A DNA stretch of 64,000 nucleotides from Candidatus Binataceae bacterium (GCA_963752805.1 CAVWAA010000008.1:594-64593), one strand, 5' to 3'; shown: positions 46,236-56,735, counted from the first letter of the stretch. Numbers and translations are program-made. Notes: generated by a model not told the origin, from the letters alone.

Positions 46236-46287
46236 CTTGGTTAAGTAACCAAGGAGTTAAATACATCGGGCAATGCCCCCGTGTCAA
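46236..46287 (-). promoter_or_regulatory. sigma70-like promoter plus 8-2-8 palindromic operator in front of arsR copy 2
   Basis: On the reverse strand: TTGACA (46282-46287), an 18-nt spacer, TATTTA (46258-46263), then CTTGGTTA-CT-TAACCAAG (46236-46253). The palindrome ends 10 nt before the ATG. Confidence 0.5.
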
Positions 46288-46416
46288 GGGGCATGAAAGA
46301 AGTCTCGCGCTTGTGCAGTTAACCGCGGCCTGCTCGGTTGCTTGCTTTACGAGACGACCCTTGGCAGCCTGACATGCCAGGTTAATCATCGAAGGCCGCT
46401 GAGCGAACGGGTCGTT

Positions 46417-47304
46417 ATGAAAATAGGACTTTCCGCTATTGGCTTCGGCACTTTGGCTGCGCCGGCATTAATCAGGACGGTGGTTACCAGCGCGGAACGA
46501 CTCAACTTCGCGACCGTGTGGGCGCCTGAGCACGTTGTGCTGCTCGACCGTTACACCTCGCATTATCCGTATTCCACTGGCTCGAGCGGCGAGTTTCTGG
46601 CGCCGACCGACATCGCGATAAACGATCCATTTCCTACGTTGACGTTCGCCGCCGCCTGCACCAGCCGGATTCGGCTCGCCACGGGGATTTGCCTGGTTCC
46701 CGAGCATAATCCGCTCGTCCTGGCCAAGACCGTCGCTACGGTTGATTACCTCAGCGGCGGACGCGTGATTCTTGGCGCCGGCATCGGATGGTTGGCGGAG
46801 GAATTTCAGGCGCTGGGTATTCCATTTGAACGCCGGGCTCATCGAACCCGTGAATACGTCGAGGCGATGCGGCGGCTATGGCGCGATGCTCACAGCACCT
46901 TCAGCGGCGAATTCGTTCACTTTGAGAACGTGCGGAGCTATCCAAAGCCGATTCGCGGAAAGTTGCCGGTCTGGTTCGGCGGCGAAAGCGGTCCCGCACT
47001 GCGCCGAGTGGCTGAATACGGTGACGGCTGGTTCGGCTTGAACGTCAGTCCGGAGGAAGCTGCGTCAAAAATTCGGCGGATTGAGCAACTTCTTCGCGAG
47101 AATGGACGCCAGCGCTCTGATGTAGAACTCGCAGTCTCGCCTTACCTGCGGCACATTACCGTCGATGATCTGAAGCGTTATCGTGACGCCGGCGCTGATG
47201 AAGTGGAGTTGGTTTTTCTCGAAGCGCCCCAGGATGAACATGGAATCATTCAGCAATTGGAAAGGCTCGCGCGCGAATTTGTCGAGCCCGCCGCGAAGTT
47301 ATAG
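46417..47304 (+). CDS. LLM-class F420-dependent oxidoreductase (Rv2161c-like)
   Basis: It reads MKIGLSAIGFG...ERLNFATVWAPEHVVL...RVILGAGIGWLAEEF... Confidence 0.8.
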   Translation: MKIGLSAIGFGTLAAPALIRTVVTSAERLNFATVWAPEHVVLLDRYTSHYPYSTGSSGEFLAPTDIAINDPFPTLTFAAACTSRIRLATGICLVPEHNPLVLAKTVATVDYLSGGRVILGAGIGWLAEEFQALGIPFERRAHRTREYVEAMRRLWRDAHSTFSGEFVHFENVRSYPKPIRGKLPVWFGGESGPALRRVAEYGDGWFGLNVSPEEAASKIRRIEQLLRENGRQRSDVELAVSPYLRHITVDDLKRYRDAGADEVELVFLEAPQDEHGIIQQLERLAREFVEPAAKL

Positions 47305-47383
47305 TCGTGCATCTGAGCAGGAATAGACCTGCCCCTTCGCTCCCTGTTGGAGAAGGGAAGTACGCTGCTCTTTTCTGAATGCC

Positions 47384-48124
47384 TTACGATAGCGTTTCGC
47401 GGAACAACGCCAGAATACGGTCCCAGTGGCGCTCTGCAGCATCGCGGTTGTACATTGGCGTGCCATTCGCCGCAAAACCGTGCTGCACGCCCGGGTACAC
47501 CTCGACAGTATGAATTGTGCCGGCTGCCTCGAGAGCGGCCTTCAGCCGAGCGGTTTCTCCCGGTTGCAGCCACGGGTCGATCTCGGCGACGCCGACATAG
47601 ACCTTGCCGCGCATCTTGGGCGCCAACAGATGTGGACTATCGGGACGATCATTAGCGACGTTTGCGCCATGAATTGATGCGGCTGCGGCCACCCGGTCGG
47701 GAAAGTTGCCGGCCGCAGTCAATGTCAGCGGCCCGCCCATGCAGTAGCCGACACAGCCAACTTTCGTCCCCTTGACCCGTGGATCATGGCTTAGAAAATC
47801 CAGAAAAGCAGTCGTGTCTTTAACGGTGCCGGCATTGGTGACGGACTGCACCAGTGACATAAGGCGCTTCTGCTGCACCGGATCGCTCAAGGCCGTCGAC
47901 ACCTCAAATGGCGGCTGTTCACCTGCCCGGTAATACATATTCGGGAGCAGTACGAAGTAGCCGTTGGAAGCGAGCCGTTCAGCCATCGCGCGCAGCTCGG
48001 GGCGAATGCCGAGCCCGTCCATGTAGAAGATGACTGCCGGTGCGGGAGTACTGCCGGGTGCGGTGTAGACGTAAGTCTCACAATTGCCATCGGCGGTTTT
48101 GATATTGACCTTTTCTTCAGCCAT
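47384..48124 (-). CDS. dienelactone hydrolase family protein
   Basis: It has ...PAVIFYMDGLGIR... and the nucleophile motif VGYCMGG. The C-terminal part has a GVQHGF histidine. Confidence 0.8.
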   Translation of the reverse strand: MAEEKVNIKTADGNCETYVYTAPGSTPAPAVIFYMDGLGIRPELRAMAERLASNGYFVLLPNMYYRAGEQPPFEVSTALSDPVQQKRLMSLVQSVTNAGTVKDTTAFLDFLSHDPRVKGTKVGCVGYCMGGPLTLTAAGNFPDRVAAAASIHGANVANDRPDSPHLLAPKMRGKVYVGVAEIDPWLQPGETARLKAALEAAGTIHTVEVYPGVQHGFAANGTPMYNRDAAERHWDRILALFRETLS

Positions 48125-48239
48125 GCGAAAAACTCCTCCGAAATCCGACCATGGGATTCATCCAGTAGACCGCACACGAGTTGAACATCAGCCGATCATT
48201 ATCTGATTTTTCTCAAGTGGCACTCGACTCAGCCCGCTC

Positions 48240-49316
48240 CTAGCTCCGGCGTTTGGGCGGCGGCGAATTTGGGATGTCGCCTTTATCTTCGGTCTCGGAG
48301 ACCCCGTCGGTCTCAGGACTGCTCTTAACTGATAGCTTGGCACGCAATCTGGCCTCGACTTCGTCGGCCATTCGCGGATTGGCCTTCAGGAAGTCACGGG
48401 CGTTCTCGCGTCCCTGGCCGATTCTTTCAGAATTATAGGAATACCAGGCGCCTAGTTTCTCGATAATATTGTGGTCGGCCGCCATATCCACCAATTCGCC
48501 CTCTTTGGAAATGCCGGAGCCATAGAGGATGTCGAATTCGGCCTCGCGAAACGGCGGGGCGACCTTGTTTTTGACGACTTTGACCTTCGTCCGTGAGCCG
48601 ATCACTTCGTTATTGGCTTTGATTGAACCGATTCGGCGGATATCGATTCGCACGGAGGAGTAGAACTTGAGCGCGTTGCCGCCGGTTGTGGTTTCCGGAT
48701 TTCCAAACATCACGCCGATCTTCATCCGGATCTGATTGATGAAAACGACGATCGTGCGCGAGCGCGCGATGATCGAGGTCAGCTTGCGCAGTGCCTGCGA
48801 CATCAGCCGCGCCTGCAGGCCCATCTGCGGCTCGCCCATTTCCCCTTCGATTTCCGCGCGCGGCACCAGGGCTGCGACCGAATCGATCACCAGCACATCG
48901 ATCGCGCCGGATTGCACCAGCGTCTCGGTGATTTCCAATGCTTGCTCGCCGTTGTCGGGCTGCGAGATCAGCAGGTCCTCGACATTGACTCCGAGTTTGC
49001 GCGCATAACCGGCATCGAGCGCATGTTCGGCGTCGATAAAGGCGCCGATACCGCCCAGTTTCTGGGCTTCGGCGATACATTCGAGGGCGAGCGTAGTCTT
49101 GCCCGAAGATTCGGGGCCATAAATCTCGACCACCCGGCCGCGCGGCAAGCCACCGACCCCCAAAGCAAGATCAAGCCCGAGTGAGCCGGTTGGAATCACG
49201 GCGATGTCGCCTTCGATCGCCTGCTCGCCAAGCTTCATGATCGAACCTTTGCCGAACTGCTTTTCGATCTGACTGAGAGCCAGGTCGAGGGCCTTGGTCT
49301 TGATTTCCTGCGCCAT
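48240..49316 (-). CDS. recA: recombinase RecA
   Basis: [31 protein letters not shown], Walker [10 protein letters not shown], and ...[28 protein letters not shown]... The track ORF's upstream extension to 49547 has no RecA similarity. Confidence 0.95.
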   Translation of the reverse strand: MAQEIKTKALDLALSQIEKQFGKGSIMKLGEQAIEGDIAVIPTGSLGLDLALGVGGLPRGRVVEIYGPESSGKTTLALECIAEAQKLGGIGAFIDAEHALDAGYARKLGVNVEDLLISQPDNGEQALEITETLVQSGAIDVLVIDSVAALVPRAEIEGEMGEPQMGLQARLMSQALRKLTSIIARSRTIVVFINQIRMKIGVMFGNPETTTGGNALKFYSSVRIDIRRIGSIKANNEVIGSRTKVKVVKNKVAPPFREAEFDILYGSGISKEGELVDMAADHNIIEKLGAWYSYNSERIGQGRENARDFLKANPRMADEVEARLRAKLSVKSSPETDGVSETEDKGDIPNSPPPKRRS

Positions 49317-49375
49317 TGCCGTCCCCGCGCTACAGAGGCTCGGCCAAATCTTGGCACAAACGACCGAAGATATCG

Positions 49376-49978
49376 CTAGGGTCGTTGAAAAAACTCCCGC
49401 GCTCCAGTCAACGGATAGCGGGCGAGCGCCTGATGCTGAGCGGCTTCGCCGCCGAGGATACTGCGGTACAAAATCATTTCGGAAATTAGCGCCGAACCGA
49501 AGTCGTGATTTGCTGATTGACGGAGCACGTGGCGGATTTCTCGCCATCCACGCAAATCGCGCACCCGCCCGATCGTGAGATGCGGAGTGTAGGGACGTCT
49601 TTCGCGGGCAAGACCAGCCTGAGCGACCGCGTCCTCAACCTGTTGGGCGAGTCCGATCAATTGTTCACTGACCAGACCAATCCAGATGGCGCGTGGACGG
49701 TCGAGGTTCGGGAATGCCCCAGTACCCCGCGCGCTCAGCATCAATGGCGAGGTTTGCGAACCGATTTCATTCAAAGTCTTGTCAAGCGGCAGTAGCAGGT
49801 TGCGATCTACCGCAGCGCCCAGGAAGCGCAACGTCAGGTGCAGGTTGGTTGGGCGAACCCAACGAATGCCGCCAGGCAATTCTCGCAGGGCGTCGACGAA
49901 CTCTGCGATCGCGCCTTCGACCTCGGCGCTCATTCGGACAGCCACGAACGCGCGAATTTTGTCGGGCAGGTCCTGCAA
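49376..49978 (-). CDS. thpR: RNA 2',3'-cyclic phosphodiesterase (2H family, ThpR/LigT)
   Basis: It has two HxT/S motifs, HLTLRFLG and HLTIGR. It uses a TTG start and lies directly upstream of recA. Confidence 0.8.
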   Translation of the reverse strand: MQDLPDKIRAFVAVRMSAEVEGAIAEFVDALRELPGGIRWVRPTNLHLTLRFLGAAVDRNLLLPLDKTLNEIGSQTSPLMLSARGTGAFPNLDRPRAIWIGLVSEQLIGLAQQVEDAVAQAGLARERRPYTPHLTIGRVRDLRGWREIRHVLRQSANHDFGSALISEMILYRSILGGEAAQHQALARYPLTGAREFFQRP

Positions 49979-50000
49979 TCAGCAAGAACGGCGTGAATCG

Positions 50001-50609
50001 CTAACGCGAATGCGTCAAAGCATGCTCGACTAGCATCAAACGATCGTTGCCGAAGAACATGTCGCCATCGGCGAACATCGTTGGCGAGCCGAAGCCGCCG
50101 CGCTCGATCAATTCGTCGGTATTGCGCTTCAGCCTGTCCTTGTATTCAGCTGAGGTGATCTTGGTGAAATACTCTTTCTCGTCGAGGCCGACTGTCCCAA
50201 CGATATCGCGCAGAACCTCGTCTTTACTAATATCGCGGTTCTCGCCCCAGTATTGCTCGAATACGCAGCGGGAATAGCGCGAAATCTTGCCGTGTTCATC
50301 GGCGACAAACGCCCCGCGCATTGCCTTGACCGAATTTACCGGGAACACTGTCGGCTGACCGATCTTAAGACCATAAAGATGGGCCCAATCCTGAAGATCC
50401 TTGGCGTAATATCGGGCCTTGGCTTTCACGGGACGCTCGCGGGTTTCATAAACCGAAGGATTCACCGCGTTGAAAACCCCGCCCACCAGAATCGGCCGCC
50501 AGATGAGGTCGGCATTATGGCGCCGCGCGACATCTTCGATCTTGCTGAACGCCAGGTAAGTCCATGGACTCGAGCAGTCATAAAAGAATTCCAGCTTTTT
50601 GCTCATCGT
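50001..50609 (-). CDS. 2-hydroxychromene-2-carboxylate isomerase / DsbA-like thioredoxin-fold protein
   Basis: It reads MSKKLEFFYDCSSPWTYLAF...GGFGSPTMFADGDMFFGNDRL. Confidence 0.75.
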   Translation of the reverse strand, partial: TMSKKLEFFYDCSSPWTYLAFSKIEDVARRHNADLIWRPILVGGVFNAVNPSVYETRERPVKAKARYYAKDLQDWAHLYGLKIGQPTVFPVNSVKAMRGAFVADEHGKISRYSRCVFEQYWGENRDISKDEVLRDIVGTVGLDEKEYFTKITSAEYKDRLKRNTDELIERGGFGSPTMFADGDMFFGNDRLMLVEHALTHSR

Positions 50610-50751
50610 TTTTGACCTGCCGGGCTGTGGCTCGGCCGAACCTGAGCGGAGCCGCAACTTTTGTCGCAGCGCCGTTTCGCCTGGCCAGCGTCATAGCACC
50701 GGCCTCAACCAGGCGTATCGAGCAATACCATATCTCGGTAGGGCAGAGCCA

Positions 50752-51744
50752 TTAGGGTATGTGGGAGGCGAGAGGAGTGAGTAGCGAGAAAGTTTGCTCG
50801 CCCGGGAAGGCGCGGACGTTGTGCACCGCGGCGGCGGCAAAAGTTGGGCGTGGGGCATTGAGCATCTGCGCCAGGTCAACGCGAATGCTGCCAACGAAAG
50901 CCGCAGCCTCAATTCTGAGCGGCAGATGATGCTCATCGTCGGTAACCCACAGCACCGTCTTGTTGACCTGATTGAGAAACTTGCCCTCGCTCAGCCATAC
51001 GATCGAAGGTATGATGCGTAGCGCCCGCAACGGCCCCAATGAAGTCGTGATAGATTCCCGCTTGTCAACGGTGAAAGCGAGCACGTAGCGATTACCGCCG
51101 CTGAATACGTCGAACGTATACGTCTCACCAACCGCTAGCGGCAATGACAACGCGAGCATCGCACCAGAAAACGGACCCCACGGTTCGCCTCCGCTGAATT
51201 CACGCACCCACGTGCGGCCTTGAGCGTTCTTCTTCGCGCTGATTACCAGATGCTCGCGATCATCGAAGCGGATGGACCATTCGTCACGCCGTTGCTTTTC
51301 GTGTTGAAAAATGTGCATTTCGCGTGGCCGCAGATCGTCGCGGTCAAAATCCTCGTAGACGTAGTCACGCATCGGATAGAGCAGATCGATGGCAGTGCTG
51401 CTGTGCAGCCATAGCTTGCCGGTCCACGACCGGCCGCCGGCTCGATTATTCAACAAGACGATTCGCGCCTCGGCGGCTGGAATTCCAACCCACGACACCT
51501 CATAGACCAACGTTTCGCCGCCGCTGAACGGTGGTGGACCGGGATTGTAACGAGGAATTGCGAGATTTGACGGCAGCGGCACCGGTACCGGCCGCTGAAG
51601 ACTCGAACGCGGAACAGCGGCTTGGCGCGGTAATTTGACATTTGCAGGGCCGAGTGCAGTACAACAGGTGGCCAGGCTTATGAGAAGAAGCCGCCCAACG
51701 ATCGTTTTCCATTTGACTCGAATCGAATACACTGTGGACCGCAA
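50752..51744 (-). CDS. exported DUF3108-like protein
   Basis: It has a signal-like N-terminus and ...GETLVYEVSWVGIPAAEARIVL... I assign the family from memory of the pattern only. Confidence 0.5.
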   Translation of the reverse strand: MRSTVYSIRVKWKTIVGRLLLISLATCCTALGPANVKLPRQAAVPRSSLQRPVPVPLPSNLAIPRYNPGPPPFSGGETLVYEVSWVGIPAAEARIVLLNNRAGGRSWTGKLWLHSSTAIDLLYPMRDYVYEDFDRDDLRPREMHIFQHEKQRRDEWSIRFDDREHLVISAKKNAQGRTWVREFSGGEPWGPFSGAMLALSLPLAVGETYTFDVFSGGNRYVLAFTVDKRESITTSLGPLRALRIIPSIVWLSEGKFLNQVNKTVLWVTDDEHHLPLRIEAAAFVGSIRVDLAQMLNAPRPTFAAAAVHNVRAFPGEQTFSLLTPLASHIP

Positions 51745-51771
51745 TTTTGCCGAATTTGGGAGGACGAGGGA

Positions 51772-52554
51772 ATGTCCAGAGCCCGCGCGCTGATAATGGC
51801 GATAATTTTAGCGGGTGCGCTCGCTTTGCCTCTCCCTGCTTTCGCTCAAGCCGGCTACACCGGAGCTCGCAGTCCCAATAACCTGCTGCAAAACCTGGAG
51901 ACCATCGGGCCCAATACGCAGGCCGGCAAGGCCGACGACGAGTTAATCAAGGAAGCGAAAAAACGTTTCGCCGACGCTGATCCTCGAGTGCGCGTCGAGG
52001 GTCTGGAGAAGCTCCGCTACGTCAGCAATGCGACCGACTCCACCGAAATCCTGGATCGCGGCTTGAACGACATGGACGTGCGAGTGCGGATTAAGGCAAT
52101 TGACGTGCTCGGCGCACGTACCGTTAACGACGTGGTACCCTTAATGTCACAGCGGCTGTTTTTGCGCCAGACTCCTGCGATTGAGAAACTGCACTTGGTA
52201 GCGGCGCTCGGCCGTATCGGCGACGCGCGCGGTACCCTGCCGATTCTCGAATACCTCGATGAAGCCTCGGACCAGGATAGCCGCGGCACCGCAGTATTTG
52301 CCCTGGGCGAGATTGGGGATCCTGAAGCCAACGACAAGCTAATCCAAGTTGTGCAGAACGATAAGAGCGCGACGGTGCGGAGGCTCGCGCAGGAAGCGCT
52401 CGAGAAAATTGACGGAGAGCTTCCCAACCATCATCAGGAGGAAGTGGCGGCTGAGCGCAAGAAGGAACTCCAACCGACCGATGAAAAACTCTCGCAACTG
52501 CGTGCCCTCGATGCCCAACTGCAGAAAGCCAAATATGGTGAGGCTACCCATTGA
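51772..52554 (+). CDS. exported HEAT-repeat (PBS-lyase-type) protein
   Basis: The signal peptide is ...LALPLPAFAQA. It has repeated DxxVRxxAxxxLG units: DPRVRVEGLEKL, DMDVRVRIKAIDVLG and SATVRRLAQEAL. Confidence 0.7.
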   Translation: MSRARALIMAIILAGALALPLPAFAQAGYTGARSPNNLLQNLETIGPNTQAGKADDELIKEAKKRFADADPRVRVEGLEKLRYVSNATDSTEILDRGLNDMDVRVRIKAIDVLGARTVNDVVPLMSQRLFLRQTPAIEKLHLVAALGRIGDARGTLPILEYLDEASDQDSRGTAVFALGEIGDPEANDKLIQVVQNDKSATVRRLAQEALEKIDGELPNHHQEEVAAERKKELQPTDEKLSQLRALDAQLQKAKYGEATH

Positions 52555-52648
52555 GGCGCTGATACCTGGTTAATCTGGCATGCCTCTCGGCAGCAAGCCC
52601 TTGTTCCGTGGCGGAGGGCACAGCCAGCGAGGCAAGTGGAGTAGGGTC

Positions 52649-53491
52649 ATGATTGAAACTACCCAGCAATTACGCAAACTGCTCAGCGGTCCCGAAATGC
52701 TGGTGGCGCCATTTGTCTACGATTGTCTACAGGCGAAAATTGCTGAGCGGGTTGGCTTCCAAGGCGTCTACATGACCGGCTTTGGAACTGCTGCTGCCCG
52801 CGGCTTTCCCGACCTCGGCCTGCTCACTATGTCAGAGATGGTGCAGAACGTTCGGGCTATAGCCCACGCGGTTAATATACCGGTTATCTGCGACGCGGAT
52901 ACCGGTTACGGCAATCCAATCAACGTTTGGCGCACCGTGCGCGAATATGAGGAAGCCGGTGCTGCTGCGCTGCATATTGAGGATCAGGTGTGGCCAAAAA
53001 AGTGTGGCTTTCTCGCGGGCAAGCAGGTGATTCCGCTAGAGGAGATGGTGCCGAAAGTGCGCGCCGCGTGCGACGCCCGCCGCGACCGCAACTTCGTAAT
53101 CATCGCCCGCACCGACGCACTCGCAGTCAATGGCTGGGACGATGTCGTCCGAAGATGTCATGCCTATCGTGAGGCCGGCGCCGATTTGATCTTTGTCGAC
53201 GGCATCCGCACCCTGGATGATCTCAAGAATTACTCATCGAGGCTCGCAAGTCTGCCGCTGCTCTACAATGGCGCGCTGTTGCCGATAGCGGAGATCGGGC
53301 GCTATGGTTTCAAGCTGAATATCCATACGAGCAGCCTCATGGCTGCTTACGTTCACTTCCGCGATTCGCTGCGAGAGCTTAAGGAAACCGGCAAGCTCGA
53401 CCTCCCAATCACCGGTCATCTGTTCGCCGAATTGGTCGACCTTATGGGTGTACCGGAGACCGAAGCATTGTCGAAAAAGTACACCAATTAG
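52649..53491 (+). CDS. isocitrate lyase / PEP mutase superfamily enzyme (methylisocitrate lyase / oxaloacetate decarboxylase-like)
   Basis: It reads ...GFQGVYMTGFGTAAARGFPDLGLLT...ICDADTGYGN...AALHIEDQVWPKKCG...IIARTDA. Confidence 0.8.
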   Translation: MIETTQQLRKLLSGPEMLVAPFVYDCLQAKIAERVGFQGVYMTGFGTAAARGFPDLGLLTMSEMVQNVRAIAHAVNIPVICDADTGYGNPINVWRTVREYEEAGAAALHIEDQVWPKKCGFLAGKQVIPLEEMVPKVRAACDARRDRNFVIIARTDALAVNGWDDVVRRCHAYREAGADLIFVDGIRTLDDLKNYSSRLASLPLLYNGALLPIAEIGRYGFKLNIHTSSLMAAYVHFRDSLRELKETGKLDLPITGHLFAELVDLMGVPETEALSKKYTN

Positions 53492-53499
53492 CTTCGGCG

Positions 53500-54117
53500 A
53501 TGAGCGCGCTGCCTATTAAATTTTATTTCGCCTACACCAGCCCCTTCACTTATCTGGCGATGAGCCCGGCCTATGAGCTGGAGGATCTTTATCGCGTCAC
53601 GCTTCGCTTTATTCCTTATGGCGTTAATATCCGCCAGGTCTATGGCGGCGAGGTCGAGGCGCGGGATGAGCGCAACCGGCGCAAGCTCCGTTATCTGTAT
53701 CTTGATGCGCGCCGGCTAGCGGCCGAACGCGGATTGATAATCCGCCCGCCCAAAAAGATCTTCAGCGCTCGGTACGCTTTTTACGGCGGGATGTGCGCCG
53801 GGGACCAGGGTTTGTTTCGGGCCTATTCCGATCGGGTGTTTGAGCGTTTCTGGAAACGGGAATTGGAGGTCGAAGATCCCGCTGCGGCTGCGGCAATTCT
53901 GTCTGAAATAGGTGCGGACACCAGCAAGTTCCACAGCTATATCGCCGATGAGCCAGCAGAGGCAAAACCGAGGCTCAAGGCCTGTTTCGCGGAGGCCGAG
54001 CAAGACCAGGTATTTGGCGTGCCTACGTTTGTAATCGAACGGGAGCGCTTCTGGGGCTACGACCGCATTGATTGGGTAAAGCGCAAGCTCGATGAACTGG
54101 GGATGCGGCGCAGATAA
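53500..54117 (+). CDS. DsbA-like / 2-hydroxychromene-2-carboxylate isomerase family protein (second copy)
   Basis: It reads IKFYFAYTSPFTYLA...VFGVPTFVIERERFWGYDRI. Confidence 0.7.
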   Translation: MSALPIKFYFAYTSPFTYLAMSPAYELEDLYRVTLRFIPYGVNIRQVYGGEVEARDERNRRKLRYLYLDARRLAAERGLIIRPPKKIFSARYAFYGGMCAGDQGLFRAYSDRVFERFWKRELEVEDPAAAAAILSEIGADTSKFHSYIADEPAEAKPRLKACFAEAEQDQVFGVPTFVIERERFWGYDRIDWVKRKLDELGMRRR

Positions 54118-54790
54118 TTGCAGGCTATTTTTAAAACACAGAATCACTGATGTTCAAAGCGGAACCGTAAGTGGGGCGGGCATAGTGGGTATCGGTGCCG
54201 CACTAAGCGTTGCAGTTCTTGCCTCCGTCTCGGTCGCGTGCGGGTGGTCGTTCCGCCTGTTATTAATGGGCCCGGGACCGTCAGAACTTTAAATCGAGAT
54301 CGTCGCGAAGACGGCAACTCGCTCGATCAGCCTCGTCCCAAATCGTCCGGACTCGAGCATGAGGCAATGGACCACCGCAAGGCTCTTCGCACGTTCGAGG
54401 AAGCACGTCGTCAGAGGAAACCCGTGACATGAAGCTCTACCTCGACGAGACAATTCCAGTTCTGAAGGCGCATCTGGAAATGATTGAGAATCTCCGGCGT
54501 GATCTCGCGGGAACAGGTTCCACGGCTGGCGCTGCAAATTATCACGAGTCAAGCGATCGCTGACCAAGATAGGCTACCTTGGGTCCTTTCCTGATAAAGT
54601 ACAGCCACACTTGGCCGCGGCATCAGAGGCGTCGCTATTATTGAGCGTCTCTGGTGCACGATTTCTTTTTTTCGATGCTTGGATTCGGAGTGCCACTTTA
54701 AAAGACCGGGCAGGCGGATGGCGTTCAAAGCCTTAGACACACAGCCACATCTGGGACCCGCCCTTACGGCGATTACCGCTAACGAAGGCT

Positions 54791-55741
54791 TCAACGCAGG
54801 CGACCGCGGGAAATGGCGTGGCGAAGAAATAGCGCCATGGCGGGTAAGTCGCACAACCTCAACCACGATTGTTTGCCGCGTCTTTCGCTGTGATCTGTGC
54901 TCCTCGACGACCGCTCCTCGCGCAACATCTGCGCGTGGCGCCTTTCGGCTTCAGGGCGTATTGCGGCGATAGCCTCGATCATGTGCTGATGCAAGCGGCC
55001 ATTGCTCGCGAGGATTTGCGCCGCGCCGATATCGAGCGTTGTGCCGTCCATGTTGCTGACGTGGCCGCCCGCTTCTTCAACTAGCAGGGAGCCCGCCGCG
55101 ACATCCCAAGGTTTTAGTCCGAATTCCCAAAACGCGTCGATTCGGCCGCAAGCCACCCAGGCGAGGTCGAGCGCCGCGGAGCCGGTGCGCCGGACGCCAT
55201 GGGTACGCAGCATGAATGCTTCCCAAAAACACAGGTAAAACCGGCGGCGTTCACGTCGGTCGTAAGGAAAGCCGGTCGCCAGCAAAGACATCTCAAGCGT
55301 TCGCACATGACTGACACGTATCGGTTTACGATTGAGCGAAGCGCCAGCACCGCGCCGGGCCACGAACAATTCTCTTTTTAAGGCATCGAAAATCACCGCA
55401 AGCTGAACACGCCCCCTCCGCTCGTACGCTATAGAGACGCAAAACTGGGGAAACGTGTGAGCGAAGTTGGTAGTACCGTCGAGCGGATCGATGACCCATC
55501 GATGCTCGCCGGCAGCACTGGAACTCTCGCTACCTTCCTCAGCGAGGATGGTATGATCAGGAAAGGTGCGCTGCAGTACATCGATCACCGCGGCTTCCGA
55601 TTCATGATCGGCTTCAGTGACCAGATCAATCGCATTACTCTTGCGACTGATATTGGTATGACTGAGGCGTTTGAGATGAATCCGGCCAGCGGCATGCGCC
55701 GCGCGGATTGCTACTCGTTCCATTGCCTCCATTGGATCCAT
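54791..55741 (-). CDS. inositol monophosphatase family protein (SuhB-like)
   Basis: It has EADHESE, WVIDPLDGTTNF and WDVAAG. The start is set at the first ATG downstream of the LOG gene. About 55 C-terminal residues lack family similarity. Confidence 0.8.
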   Translation of the reverse strand: MDPMEAMERVAIRAAHAAGRIHLKRLSHTNISRKSNAIDLVTEADHESEAAVIDVLQRTFPDHTILAEEGSESSSAAGEHRWVIDPLDGTTNFAHTFPQFCVSIAYERRGRVQLAVIFDALKRELFVARRGAGASLNRKPIRVSHVRTLEMSLLATGFPYDRRERRRFYLCFWEAFMLRTHGVRRTGSAALDLAWVACGRIDAFWEFGLKPWDVAAGSLLVEEAGGHVSNMDGTTLDIGAAQILASNGRLHQHMIEAIAAIRPEAERRHAQMLREERSSRSTDHSERRGKQSWLRLCDLPAMALFLRHAISRGRLR

Positions 55742-55862
55742 TCCGCGAAAACGAAATATTTCAGCTCGCGCCAGGTGTGCCAAGCAGCCGCGTGCGGGAT
55801 ATGCACAAGCTAGGGAGAGCACGTCGAGGAGTAGCAGTCTCCTCTTTTCTTTATCTCCTCTC

Positions 55863-56444
55863 TTAGGTTTGTTCTCTGCGCGCAAGCCATCCGTTGGATC
55901 CGGCAAAGTTGTCCACCAGGCGGTCAATCAGTTGTGCCGGATATTCTTCAACCAGGATGTTGGCGCGATGCAGCGGTTTGATGAACTGTTGGGAGACCGC
56001 GTAATCCAAAAAATCCAGCAGTCCGTCGAAGTAGCCGCCGACGTTCAGCAGTCCGCATGGCTTTTGATGAAGTCCGAGCAGACGCCAACTCACCACTTCA
56101 GTAAATTCCTCGAGTGTGCCGAAGCCGCCGGGCAATGTCGCGAAGCCATCCGCGAGTTCGGCCATCAAGGCCTTTCTTTCATGCATCGAGTTAACTTCAC
56201 GCAGCTCTGTCAGCTTGCGATGCGCAACTTCACTGTCCACCAGCATGCGGGGAATAACACCGACGACTTCGCCGCCGCCGGCCAACATCTTGTCGGCAAT
56301 GACGCCCATTAATCCGACGGAGGCGCCACCATACACTAGCCCAATCTGGCGTGCGGCCAGCGCTTCGGCAAAATCGATCGCGGCCTGACGGTATTCGGGT
56401 CGTACACCCTGGCTGGAGCCACAAAAAACGCAGATTCGCTTCAT
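55863..56444 (-). CDS. LOG-family (TIGR00730) nucleotide phosphoribohydrolase
   Basis: It reads MKRICVFCGSSQG...VYGGASVGLMG...PGGFGTLEEF. Confidence 0.85.
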   Translation of the reverse strand: MKRICVFCGSSQGVRPEYRQAAIDFAEALAARQIGLVYGGASVGLMGVIADKMLAGGGEVVGVIPRMLVDSEVAHRKLTELREVNSMHERKALMAELADGFATLPGGFGTLEEFTEVVSWRLLGLHQKPCGLLNVGGYFDGLLDFLDYAVSQQFIKPLHRANILVEEYPAQLIDRLVDNFAGSNGWLARREQT

Positions 56445-56735
56445 ACTCAAAGCATACACCAGGGATGCGCGGGTTACGCTCGCGTGCGTGAATAACACTG
56501 AGCGGCAATCACTCCAGACCAGCCGTTTTCGCTGCGGGTCTCAATCATCTTCGACCTTTTCTGATTCATCGGGGCGAAAGAAAGTGACCAAATCCATCTT
56601 GACCTGAAAAGAGCGATTGGTTATTTAAAGGCGCGTTCGCGTCAAGCAAGCGCTTGGTTACTTCCCACCGAGAGCTTGCGGATGCATATTGGGGTTAGCC
56701 GCGGGACCTGACGCGTCTCCGTTCCGGAACCCTCC

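Noticed and set aside
48969-49547. N-terminal 77-residue extension of RecA in the ORF track, and an SOS (LexA) box in front of recA or polB
   Set aside because: The extension has no RecA similarity and overlaps thpR; the canonical MAQEIK start is at 49316. I found no CTGT-N8-ACAG-type palindrome upstream of either gene by eye. Other LexA motifs cannot be excluded without a matrix scan.
54238-54563. Two small overlapping plus-strand ORFs (ATGA junction at 54429-54432) in the 670-bp gap 54118-54790. These could be a toxin-antitoxin pair or a frame-broken helical protein (...DHRKALRTFEEARRQ / MKLYLDETIPVLKAHLEMIENLRRDL...).
   Set aside because: They are only 21-44 codons from plausible starts, with no family recognised and no Shine-Dalgarno sequences. 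The region is worth an RNA-seq look but not a call.
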